Of a stretch of 54,080 nt of DNA, positions 40,464-52,200 are shown in pieces (position 1 is the stretch's first letter; every line of letters starts with the position of its first letter). This DNA comes from Clostridia bacterium (GTDB lineage: Bacteria; Bacillota; Clostridia; Christensenellales; UBA1242): the NCBI GenBank assembly GCA_017619495.1, contig JAFZSF010000018.1, positions 1 through 54,080 of the forward strand, given 5' to 3'. The position numbers were made by a program, and so were the translations under genes. The notes below the pieces were generated by a model, which was not told the origin of the DNA, made no database searches, and worked only from the letters and a program-made list of their open reading frames with translations.

Positions 40464-40539
40464 GGCGATGTAGCACAGCGGTTAATGCACCGAGTTCATA
40501 CCCCGGGTATCGCTGGTTCGATTCCAGCCATCGCCACCA
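40464..40539 (+). tRNA. tRNA-Met(CAT), elongator type
   Basis: GGCGATG/CATCGCC acceptor stem with G1-C72, loop TTCATAC, GCTGG-TTCGATT-CCAGC, ACCA end. Confidence 0.9.
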
Positions 40540-40558
40540 AATTAAGCGTAAATTGATT

Positions 40559-41356
40559 TTACGCTTTTTTATTTGTTAGGCACTGACTTAACCTTGTATT
40601 TGGTGGAAAACGCAAAAGCCACTGCTCTAAATCATTTTCGTAAAAGACAGTATTATGATCATCAACAACTACGAATTCGGTGGGGTGCTTTTGATTAATC
40701 ATTTTATAAATAGTGAATAAAGTTAAATTAGTTAAAACGGCACAACGAACAAAAAAACCCAACTTAGTTTTACCGGCGTAATTAAATTTATCAGCATAAA
40801 GCGACTGTTTGAAGTCCCAATTGATTTGCAATAACATGATAATAGCAAAAAATAGCCACCACCAATATTGCCCCAACAGCCCAACAATTATCATGACCAC
40901 GAAAAACAAATTTGACCAGAGACAAATAAACTTAGATGGTACATACTGTGACAAAATTTTTCCACCATCAAGCGGATAAATGGGTAGCAAATTGATTATA
41001 CCGACCATAAAATTAGCAACCACTAAATATTCGAGATAGATAAAAAGGACCGGGAAAAGCCAAACCATGACACCAAACAGCAAACTAAACAATAAACTGG
41101 CAATTGGGCCTGCCAGATAAATCCAACATTTCTGTTGCGCAGTCAAAATTTTAGCTTGTAAATTTAACGCCCCACCAAAAGGGGTCAAAGTAATGCGTGC
41201 TACCACGGCACCAAAGTATTTGGCCATTAAAGCATGGGCTAATTCGTGCAGAACAACAGCGATGATTAAAGCGATAAAAAAATCCGTCGCCGTAAAAATA
41301 ATCGCTACGACAGCAGTTAATATAAACAAAGGGTGAATTAACAAACGCACAGCCAA
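40559..41356 (-). CDS. spoIVFB: M50 site-2 protease, SpoIVFB-like
   Basis: IHPLF, HELAH, ITLTPFGG, LAGP, NLLPIYPLDGG. Confidence 0.82.
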   Translation of the reverse strand: MAVRLLIHPLFILTAVVAIIFTATDFFIALIIAVVLHELAHALMAKYFGAVVARITLTPFGGALNLQAKILTAQQKCWIYLAGPIASLLFSLLFGVMVWLFPVLFIYLEYLVVANFMVGIINLLPIYPLDGGKILSQYVPSKFICLWSNLFFVVMIIVGLLGQYWWWLFFAIIMLLQINWDFKQSLYADKFNYAGKTKLGFFVRCAVLTNLTLFTIYKMINQKHPTEFVVVDDHNTVFYENDLEQWLLRFPPNTRLSQCLTNKKA

Positions 41357-41358
41357 AT

Positions 41359-42183
41359 TTATGCGTTGTGCGTTAAATTTAGAAATAGTTGTGATTGTTC
41401 CAGCAAACTTCCCGCCCCGATCAAGGTGGCATTATTTTCGTCTACGGCGATCATAGTTTGTAATTGCAAACTCCAATACACTGCTTCGGACAAGCCACGA
41501 ATTTTAGCACCAGGACCACCAAAAACGACACCAGTATTCAAAATTTGACGCATAACTTCGGCGCTAGCTTGCGGTAGCAAATGGTTAATCGCACCAATAA
41601 TTTGTGCATAAAGCGGATAAATTACCTCACGCACCTGCTCAGCTTTTAAAATAAATTCAGGGAATTTAACAAAGCGTGTATCATTTTTCAACAATGATGC
41701 CACATCATTAAAAATGCCATGTGCGGTTTCATAACTGATTTCGACTTGGTACTTTTCCGCGACCAAGTCTTTAATTGCTTCAACACACGAATCAACGCCG
41801 ACATCAAGAATTCCACTATATAAAATTTTTTCACCTAATATAATTGCCAAGTCGGTTGCCGAGTCACCAATCACAACCGCCATAACTGGAACTTGTTCAG
41901 TAAAAGGATAACCAAAATATGATGCCAAAGCGATAGTCGGTTGAATATAAACCAAATCTGAAAATCCGACATCATAAAGAATGGCTTTTTCACAAGCAAC
42001 CCGTTCTTCGGTTTCGCCGGGAGTACCAACTACTGCAATTTTCTTTTGTTCTTGGTCGCTTAGAATCCTTTTAACCTTTTTACGCAATGTGTCGTCAATT
42101 TCTTCATTAAAAATAATCCCCAGCCCGCGTTTATAAAGCCGAAGATTATCTTGATTAAAATCCGCAACAATTTCGATTGGCAC
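41359..42183 (-). CDS. Degenerate MreB/Mbl-like actin-fold protein
   Basis: Colinear by eye with MreB (LY..GLGIIFNE, VVIGDSATDLA, ISYETA, GVVFGGPGAKIRGL, LIGAG) but nucleotide-binding motifs are altered. Confidence 0.75.
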   Translation of the reverse strand: MPIEIVADFNQDNLRLYKRGLGIIFNEEIDDTLRKKVKRILSDQEQKKIAVVGTPGETEERVACEKAILYDVGFSDLVYIQPTIALASYFGYPFTEQVPVMAVVIGDSATDLAIILGEKILYSGILDVGVDSCVEAIKDLVAEKYQVEISYETAHGIFNDVASLLKNDTRFVKFPEFILKAEQVREVIYPLYAQIIGAINHLLPQASAEVMRQILNTGVVFGGPGAKIRGLSEAVYWSLQLQTMIAVDENNATLIGAGSLLEQSQLFLNLTHNA

Positions 42184-42189
42184 GAATCT

Positions 42190-42218
42190 ATTATATATGC
42201 ATTTGTAATAAAAAGCAA
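42190..42218 (-). promoter_or_regulatory. Promoter of mreB-like/spoIVFB; leaderless
   Basis: TTGCTT-17-TATAAT, 6 nt to GTG; an overlapping CATATAT is also present. Confidence 0.7.
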
Positions 42219-42219
42219 A

Positions 42220-42624
42220 TTATCTTTTCGAAAATTGCGGAGCGCGACGAGCTTTTTTCAAACCGTATTTTTTGCGTTCTTTCATACGCGGATCACGGGT
42301 TAAGAAACCAGCCTTCTTCAATTCTGCTTTGAAATTTGCATCTTCTTTTACCAAAGCGCGTGCAATACCATGGCGGATCGCACCAGCTTGACCTGATAAA
42401 CCACCACCATTAACATTAACGATTGCGTCAAAGGTGTTAACATCTAACAAAGCAAAAGGTTGGTTAACGGTTAAACGCATAAAGCCATCACCGAAATAGT
42501 CTTCCAAAGACTTATCGTTGATAACAACTTTACCGGTTCCTTTAATTAAACGCACACGGGCAACACTGGATTTACGACGACCAGTACCCAAAGTTTGTGC
42601 TACTGCATTTTTCTTAACTGCCAT
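42220..42624 (-). CDS. rpsI: 30S ribosomal protein S9
   Basis: [31 protein letters not shown]. Confidence 0.99.
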   Translation of the reverse strand: MAVKKNAVAQTLGTGRRKSSVARVRLIKGTGKVVINDKSLEDYFGDGFMRLTVNQPFALLDVNTFDAIVNVNGGGLSGQAGAIRHGIARALVKEDANFKAELKKAGFLTRDPRMKERKKYGLKKARRAPQFSKR

Positions 42625-42626
42625 GA

Positions 42627-43079
42627 TTAGTTTGCCTTCCCTTTAATATCAATTTTACGCGGTTTTTGTGCTTCATGCGGGTGTTCCGCCTGGTTATAAA
42701 CCTTTAATTTTTTGAACATTTCGCGACCCAAAGAATTCTTTGGTAACATCCCCTTAATGGCATGTTCGATGACCCATGCTGGGTTCTTTTGCATTGCATC
42801 TTTAGCTTGCGTGTATTTATCACCACCGACATAACCACTGTAACGGAAATAGTATTTATCGGTCATTTTCTTACCGGTAAAGATGGCCTTTTCCGCATTA
42901 ACAACGATTACATAATCACCAGCATCACTGTGTGGTGTATAGGTTGGTTTATGTTTACCGCGTAAAATCAATGCAACACGGCTGCAAAGGCGACCAACAG
43001 GAAGACCGGTAGCGTCTACCAGCAACCATTCGCGCTTAGTATTTTGTTTGTCCGCAAAAAAAGTTTTTTGTGTTATCAT
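42627..43079 (-). CDS. rplM: 50S ribosomal protein L13
   Basis: [35 protein letters not shown]. Confidence 0.99.
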   Translation of the reverse strand: MITQKTFFADKQNTKREWLLVDATGLPVGRLCSRVALILRGKHKPTYTPHSDAGDYVIVVNAEKAIFTGKKMTDKYYFRYSGYVGGDKYTQAKDAMQKNPAWVIEHAIKGMLPKNSLGREMFKKLKVYNQAEHPHEAQKPRKIDIKGKAN

Positions 43080-43087
43080 ATTTGATA

Positions 43088-43116
43088 AGTATAGTCACTC
43101 GCGCGCATTTTGTCAA
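43088..43116 (-). promoter_or_regulatory. Sigma-A promoter of rplM-rpsI; leaderless or near-leaderless
   Basis: TTGACA-17-TATACT, 8 nt to ATG; no SD. Confidence 0.8.
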
Positions 43117-43249
43117 ATACTATTTCTTTACTGCCACCTACCCCTTGGCTCTCTCTTCTTTGAACCTTTTTATCTTTACTCCCTTCTTCCTCCTGCACAT
43201 CACTTTGTAGATCGCTAACGTTACTCCTAGCGTTATTACTCCGGCTGCT
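43113..43249 (+). repeat. 137-bp exact direct repeat, copy 1
   Basis: Identical to 53944-54080; covers the last 36 codons, the stop and 25 bp downstream of the giant gene. Confidence 0.97.
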
Positions 43250-46200
43250 ATGATTATAAACATTACAAAGTATTCGTCCATACCTTCTCTTCCTTCTTCT
43301 TCTGTTTCTTCTTTCCCCGGCTTCTCTACAACCGCCGCGGCACCTAAATTGTGTTCATAGTAGCTACTATCTTCGTTCTCTTTGGTCTTTATTTGTTCGT
43401 TTCCATACTTTTTTATCCATTCATCATATCCTTCGTAGTACGCTTTTATCTTTTCTAAACTCATCCCTGACAACGACATACAGGCCGAAGCTCCACTCGC
43501 AAAATCTCCTGAATCGTTTATCACTTCATCTTTTTCATTCGTAAATACATAGCGCACTGTCTTCGCATTATAAACTAACATCTCGTTATCTACACTGGCC
43601 GTATATGTTACATCTCGCGTAGCATGCATCGTGTCTACATTGTAAATAGCACCATCTTCATCTTTCCAACCTAATATATGATAACCACCAAACAATAAAC
43701 CTGACCAGAATTTGTTACCGTCCTCATCTGTAATAATTTGCGGTAATGGAATGATTTCGCCTTCCGCTACAAAGATTCCGGTATCTCGCGAATCGTTTTC
43801 TTCTACTTTGAACCACTTTCCCGTACTTGACAACTGGTAGGTTGTATTACCTGCGGTTATTATCCATTCAATTTTATATTTTTCATCTTCGGCATTAAAG
43901 AAATTAGCATAGAAAATTTGTGAAACATTTCCTTCATAGTGCGAGCCCTTGGGATATATTTTGCCATCGCCTGCTCGTGTAATCGTCCAACCATTCGGAT
44001 TTAACAATGAACCATCTTCGGATTTCTTTTTGTATATGTTTTCGTCAAGCTTATAAGGAATTCCGTGCCATTTCCAACCTTGTTGCGGCGCTACACCCTC
44101 ACTCAGTGGTTCGGCTCCATTCTTATCATACTGAATCGCATACACTTGGTACAGATAGAATTTAATTTCCGGAACTGACAAACCAATATATTCGTTATTC
44201 TTTCCCAAATAATATTGTTCATCTTCTGCCATATCAACAGAATTTGTTTTACGGTTAATTTCTTTTTTATAATAATCATTCCATGTGCGGAAATAATTCT
44301 CATTGTTTATCGTTTTTATGCGAACTACCGCACGGCCATCTTTACCAACTGAATTTACATTTTCAAAGACATGGAACAATGAATTCATCGTATTCACTTC
44401 GTGTTGGTATTTGAATGGTGAATCTTCGTATGCCATTTCGCCAGTAAAGTCAATCCATGCACGCACATATGCCACATCACTATAAGTACCTAACGGCATT
44501 TCAATCAATACCGCACGATCTTCAGCAATTGTAATCTGACTAAATGCTCTCGTCTGGTTATATTCTTCAAAGTTCTTATTTTCTTCGTCGCGCAAAACCG
44601 AAACCATGAATTGATAGGTCCCTAAATTAAATTCCGTATCAGGAGTCCATTGGCGGTCAAAATCTTCGTGTTTGTTATATTCATCATAGACACGATAGTA
44701 GTACCTAACATTTCCGTCATTAAGTAGTTCGTTTTGAAAGTTACATTCAAAATCAAGATATAAATTTTTGGCCTGTTCACGAGTAAAGGTTCCACCAGAT
44801 ACAATTTCATCATTTGCCGTAATTTCGCCATTGGTTTTCTTTTTAATCACCGCACGAACAGAATCAACGGGGAAAGACATGGCTTGAATTCTTGCAGTCA
44901 AAGTACCATATGGTAAATTTCCGTACTCTGCACGATCATCAAAGGTTTTAAGCTCATAACCTGACGGCAAATATCCCGCCAATGTAAAGATCGATTTTTT
45001 ATACACCAATCGACAATCAATTACATATTCACCTTGGTTCATGGCAGTTATATTACCTTGTTGCCACCTGGTCGAAAGTCCCCTTTCTTGGGTAATCTGC
45101 GCATCAGGATTGAAACGATACTCAAAATATGGCAAATCCAAGTTGCTAAATTGCGCCCCATATACATTTTGTGTATTAAGTGTATTATCTATTAATTCGT
45201 AGATACTATCTGCGTGATTTACTAACAATGCCGGCAATACCTCCAGTGTTCCATTTTCTAACGCGGCAAAGTATGCGCTACTTAACTTGAAAGTAATTTC
45301 GTCAATGTAGTTGTTACCAAGTAAGTAATTTTGAATTTCGGTTGCCATTTGATCAGTAATAACTACACTATTATCTTCAATGCTTTTACCAATAAAGTAT
45401 TCTTTAATTGCAAACTTCCTGGTTTCAACTGACAATGACGAATAAGTAATTAAATTTTGGCTTACCGCTGTGTACATAATCGAACTAGATTCAGGTGCAG
45501 TACGAATATTCAAAATATATCGCTCAACTAAAACTTGCACCAAGGTACCTTTTAGCGGATCATTTTCGTCGGCTGCATCACCAACAAATACATTATTACT
45601 GTCAAGTTCAACATAGTAATAAATATCCCAAAGACCAATTGAGTCTACTTCTGGAACTGCTTGATTCCATAAGCGATGTTCTGCATCTACACCGGGTGCT
45701 ACCTTCGAATAATATATTGTCACGCCCAAAGCATCAGCATTTACATTCAGACGACCTTCTTCTAACGCTCTTTGTGGCTTACCACTGTATTTCAAACCAG
45801 AAATAGCTTCCGGCTTAGTTTCCCATCTAATGGGACGAGGATTAATTTGTGCATTCAAATATTCGACCGCTGAATTACAGTAATTACCACTTGCATCCAA
45901 AGCAATAACTTGGTAATTAATTTTATAGTCATTCGCAGCATTTATGCGTCCCGGCAGTTCAGCATCATTTAACCAAGTATAACCTCCCTTAACTGCATCG
46001 TAATAATAACGATAATGTTGTGTTTCACCTTCGTACCAGAATTCAATCGCACAATGGTGCAAAGCTAATGAAGTTAAACTGCCATAAGCAATTAAGTTTT
46101 GCACGCTTCCCTTTCTTTCTTTGGCTACGGAGTCGTAATAATCTGTATACACGACTGAATCTAAGGCATACGGAACTTCATTTAAACCAAGCGCAGCATT

Positions 46201-49200
46201 ACATTGCGCAATTGACACTATCACCGAGCCAACTGATTGGTTCCAATTCTCACCGGCAAAAACACCATAATTAACCGTATAATTACCAGCATTAACACCA
46301 GTCAATGCTTGAATATCAGCAGAATCAGATGTTTTTAAGACGGTGTTTACACTGTATTTGATTTGCAAATCGTCATCAACATCGTAATATTGCCCCGCAC
46401 CGTAGTAAATACCAGTAGCAAGGAACTTAGCACTCGCCACACCTTTTAATAAATTTTGCGATTCTCCGTTATAAATTAATCCATCACTGTCATCGCCATA
46501 ATAACTGGGAGCGGTTAGGATAATTTGAGCCGGAGCAATATTTACAACCGCAAAACATTTAAGGTATTCATTCAAGTTTTCGTTATCACCATTGGTTTTA
46601 ACCCATACCCATAAATAATAATTACCAGCATTCGTACCCTTCAATTCGTTAATATCTTCATACCAAGTTATCGGTTTTCCAGCAAGGGTTGCACTATCAC
46701 CCAAACCCCATTTAACATCTATGTTATTGTTGTAAGCGGTAGTGTTAACATCATTACCATTTATCACAATCGGTAATTTAGCTTCACTGTTCAAGGTCAC
46801 CGTCGCCAAAATTTGCTGTTGATCTTGACCAATATAGCGTAAACCTTCGGTACGCGGAGTAATACTATTATTAAAATAGCTATATTCCAAATCAGCCGCA
46901 GCAATTTCTGTGAAATCCCTTTCTGGATCAATACAGTAGCATTTATAATAATCGGCAATATTACGCGCTCCTGTCGCTGGATTAACAATACTGGTCACTT
47001 TAACCCAAATGTAATATTGACCTGCGTTGCTTGCTTTCAGATCATTAATATTTTCCAACCATGCAGATACGCTAGCAACCGGTGCAACTAATGGATCGTT
47101 AGAGTAAGCGTATTCAATCTTTGAGTAGTCGTTAATATTCGACAGTAAAATTCCACTGGTTTTAAATCTTTGTGTCACACCTGTACTAATTAATTGTTTT
47201 TCGCTACCATCATATGACAACCTAGGAACAAATGTAATACCACTTAAAACAATATCATTTTCAGCAGCTTGACCAATCGTTACTGAACCAATATAACGCG
47301 GTTCAATCTCTGTATGACTGTAACCAGCACCGAACTTAATCCAAATATAATAGGTACCTGTATTGGCCTGTTTTAATTTGCCATTTACTGTAATGTCAGT
47401 ATACCAACCATCTTCACCAGCGCCAGTATTATCAAAAGTACCGGTCTTGGTTAGTGTTTCCGGACTGCCACTAATATAATAACTAGCTTGACCAAATTTC
47501 GGTTGAGTATTGTTCGCAGGTACAATAAACGAATTATTACCGTTCTTCATTTCCAAACTAGCTGCACCGGCAATTAAGCACTGTTCGGTTCCATCATAAG
47601 CCAAATTTCTGTTCAAACTTGGCACATTAATTTTCATCGATAATTCATTTGTGGGAATAATTTGCGCATAAGTATTATTAGAAAACAATTCAAAAATTAA
47701 GTCGTCAACAGCGATGTCGTTTACACCGTCCTTGATGGCAATTTTAAAGTACAATTGATATTGCCCAATTCCCACAGCACCAGTATCAGCCCAAACAGTA
47801 TATTGACTAGCCGTTGGTTGCGCACTGCCATGTTCAGTAACATTCCACAATACATAAGTATTGGCAGCATTGTTAATTTCGTCACTTAAATTGTAGTTCG
47901 ACCCCGTGATACGAACCGACAAGTTACCGCCAACTAATTTCTGATCTTTAACCATAATATTGGCACCGGTAAACATTTCCGTCATGCCGTAAAGTCCGGA
48001 AACGGACAAATCTGACTTAATCGCTTTACCAATACTAATCGCCTGACGAACTGGAGCATCACCGTCCACTGCCAATGTTGACAAGCATTCAACTACCGTC
48101 GAAATATTACTTTCCGTGTTTGTGTCACTTACATAAAGCATGACCCACAATTTATAGTTACCATAATGGACACGCGACAGGTTTTGCCACATCGAACGCC
48201 AACCCGTTGCCGTACGGTCAGTAATCGCCGGCGCAGTTTCACTCACATCGGTAATTGCATAGAAAATTTCACCAATGTTTTCACCACTTGGAATTGTTCG
48301 ATAAACATTATCAGTTCCTGATATTTTAGCATTACCATTCTCGTCGCGATCCAAAATTTGAATTGACAATTGCAAATCACTAATCAAATTACGCGCCAAA
48401 CCATTAAAGCGTAAATCGTCACCGTTAGCTTCTTTTTGAACCGTATAACTCGATTGGTTCAAACGAATATCACTAGCACTAGCACGCGTAATTGTAATCG
48501 GACTACTCGAAAAGCAAACAGGATTATGTGCAATATGGTTATCACCTGCATCAACTTTCATCCAAATATAATATGTACCAACACGACTTACTTTAAGATC
48601 TTGATAGTTAGATTTCCAAGATTCCACGGTTAAACTGTTGACATCCGTACTATTAGAAACTGCATAGGAAATTGCACCAAAATTACCGTGCCTTTGCACA
48701 CCGTTTATAAGATAAGTTCCATTTTTATAAAAACTATACGCAATATTAGCACCACTAACAGTCAAGCGTGTACCATTATGCTGCAAGAAATAATTCCCCG
48801 ATTGTAAAAGAATTTGATAGTCGCCACCTTTATATGTTAACACACCACCATTGGCTATAACCGGCGCTGAAATTTCAACTTCCACCTTATTAATCGTCAC
48901 CGCAATGGACATGATTTCGTTAGCATCGTCAACACTACTATTTGCACCGGGCTTAGCCTTAAAGAACAGGGTTTTAACACCAGCATCTTTAATTGACAAT
49001 TCGTTTGCTCCGTAATCATACCACCCCGAAGCTGAACCCGACCAACTGTATACTAATGGAATTTCCGTACTACTACTCTGCAATTTTGCTTTACCATCAG
49101 TAAATAACTGCGTGCAAGGTATATTACTACCAGTGTAATAAACACCCGACTTCGCCTGTGGCATCGCCGCAGGATCAAACATAGCCGACGCTTTGTTAAT

Positions 49201-52200
49201 GGATACGGTTACATAACTGTAATTATAGCGGTTGATATCGGTCAACGCCTTGGTTGTATCTTCCTTTACTTGCGTAGTAAAGATTGTTTTACCACCACTG
49301 GTATAACTAGCACCACGGTAATAAACCTTAAACGAACCGGCCTGTGCCCATTTTAAGCTTTCCGCAGTAACATCTTGTGTCCAAACCCATTGGCCACTTG
49401 CATTGGCCGTTAATTGTCCTAATGAATATTCCACTTTTGGTGCTAATTGCGCACTGGCTGTAATCAATTGATGTTTATCATTATCAGCCGTAAACACAAT
49501 ACCATCAATCGGCGTCGGTGCCACCTGGACAAACGAGGTTGTAGATGTTATGCTGGCTGCGGTCGGGTGCATATAAACATAACTGGCATTTACATAGTCA
49601 TCGTTAATGGTAATACGAACAAACATATAATAACTACCTAAATCAGACTGTTGTGCGGCACCAATTTCACTCTTCCATTGGCTGGCAAAATTCGACGATG
49701 TCGCCACCGATTTGTCGTTACTTGTAATTAATAAATACTCTGAACTTACCCCAGTCGAACTATATGCACTACCGTTAATCGTGAAACTTACCGCCGATTT
49801 AACTTGGAACAACGGTTGTCCTTGCGGCACATAGGTGTTATCCTCAAATAAATACCTAAATTGATGCGAACCACCGTTGGTTTCCTCTAAGAAAGTATTG
49901 GTTACTGCGAAGTTACTGTCGGTTAAAGATGTCAAACTAACAATATTCATCTTCGGCGTCGCGTATACCGCACGACTGCTGTCGTAAATACGATAAGCCA
50001 TCGCACCTGCTTTTACATTGTCACTACCCGACCAACGAATCCACACATAATGGCTGCCGTTTTTGGCAACCACATTCCTATAATTGGTTCCCGTCAACCC
50101 ATAGTAATTACCCGTCATCGCATCTAATGCTTCACTGACACCAATTTCAAAAGTGCCAAAGTCAGTCGCCAAATCACCAGTAGTCTTGGAACCTGACTTA
50201 TAATACGCCTTAATCGTCGGCGCAGAATCACCCGCAATCATGCGTTGATTGCCATTGTTAAATGGTAAGTTGTAATTATCAAATGCGATGTCATCTTCCA
50301 CACTACGCTCTGGCGTACCACCATTAAAGGTCACCCCAGCAAAATATATATTGCAATTGGCAGTATCTAACGAAAATTGTTGAATCTCAAACTTGGCATA
50401 CATGCGACCATCAGACGCCGCCACATTGGTACTGGCCGTCCATTTTACCCATAAATATTTGGTACATATATTCGTAAATGTCGGCAATGAACTTGTACTC
50501 GTTTGCCAACCTGTCGTCGGTGCAACTGTCGCGCTATCGCCAACCGCATACGAAACCGTTCCCAAAGTTAAGGCTGTATGACTCGATGCTAATGTACCCG
50601 CCGCAATGACACTATGCGCTGCTCCATCATAAGGAATCAAACCGTTAGCACCATAAGTACTGGCCCCCGTCATCGTCACACCCGTCAACGGAATCGTGGC
50701 AGCATTGTACCCATTGGCGGTAATTTGTGCTGCTTTGATAATCATATTTGTCGCAAAGTTATAGTGCGTTTTGACCTTTAACCACAAGGTCCAAGTTCCA
50801 CTGGCGGTCGGTTTTAAGGCCTTGATACCATTAATTAATGCAGTGGTAGATGCCGTTTCTACCCACGAAGTGGCACTGGCCGCCGGTTGAGTGTTTTCCG
50901 CTACGAAAGCATAATAACAATTATTGTATGTGGTTCCAGTTTCCGAAGAGAGACCATTCCAACCAGCATCGGAATTACCGCTGTACTGTAAATCAATCTT
51001 TGATGTACTGGCAAACGGCGCCGTCCAAACACCGTTAGTACCAACATTAACTGACGACGCAACCGACAAACTGGTCACCGATACCTTACTACTAACCGAT
51101 GTTTTATTAATCGTAAAAGTAAAACTCTTGGAACCACCGGCAATATTATCGGTATAACTTGATGTCGGTGTCCATTTAACCGTCAACTCATATGTCCCTG
51201 CATTTTTGGGTTTGACTTTTAGTGTGTCCCAAGTCTGATTATTATATGATGTACTCCAGCCACTGGATGTTTGCGTCATGCTGTATGTAGTAGTCACCAT
51301 GGATGTGGTTAAACCAGTAGCCGACAAAGTGGGCGCCGTGGTTGTGGTCAAGGGACAATGCGTCGCGCCGTCATATGTTACTGCAGTTGCCGCCGTGCCT
51401 GAACAAGTAAATTCACCTTTGGCAATGTAACCATACACCCCTGAATAAGTCCAATCGACTGCATTGTGGTTGGTACCCGCCGCCACACGATAATACAAAT
51501 AATAACGGTATTGGGTTGTGCCCGTGTAGGCGTCTTTACCCTTCATGTTAGACAAAGTTGAATTTTCCCCAGAACCAGTTGATGCGGTAGGTGCAGATGT
51601 CGCGGTACTCTTAATGACACGATAATAAATGGTTCCGTCACCTGACCTGGTCGGTGTCCCTGTAAACAAAGATTGGTCACCGTTATTATATTTTAATCCC
51701 GTCACAGCCGCCAAAGTATTTTTTGAAATTGAACCATTAACCTTGGTAATGGTCACAGTAACATAACCCTGATCACTGTCAATATAGTTAGTAGTATTGG
51801 TCGATGCTGCATAATAATAAACGGTATAAGTTCCCGCATTGGTCGCCGTGACGCTATTAATATCGGTAACCCAACTACCCGAATCAACTTTATACTTAAT
51901 CGTGTATGAACCACTGGGGTTACCATCATTGGTCGCCGCAGCGCTCAGCAGTTTGATGGCATTACCCGTGTATGGTGTACTGGTCGCCGTGACCGTCGGT
52001 GCTTTGGGTTTTTTCAGTTTAGCCTGTGTCAGAATTTGAACCGATTTACTGCCTTGCCCACTGTCATTATAACCTGCGTCACCCTTTGCATACCATTTGA
52101 CCAAATAATAACCCGGTGCCTTGGCCTTGATGGCAGCCTTATCAGTGGTCCAATTGACTTCCACAGCCCCCTGTGTCCAATAGGCGTCACTTTTATACAG

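Noticed and set aside
43120-43137. Mini-ORF GTG-GCA-GTA-AAG-AAA-TAG after the giant gene's stop, resembling the rpsI start (MAVKK)
   Set aside because: The match is about 13 bases with a mismatch and is plausible by chance; nothing else supports readthrough or duplication
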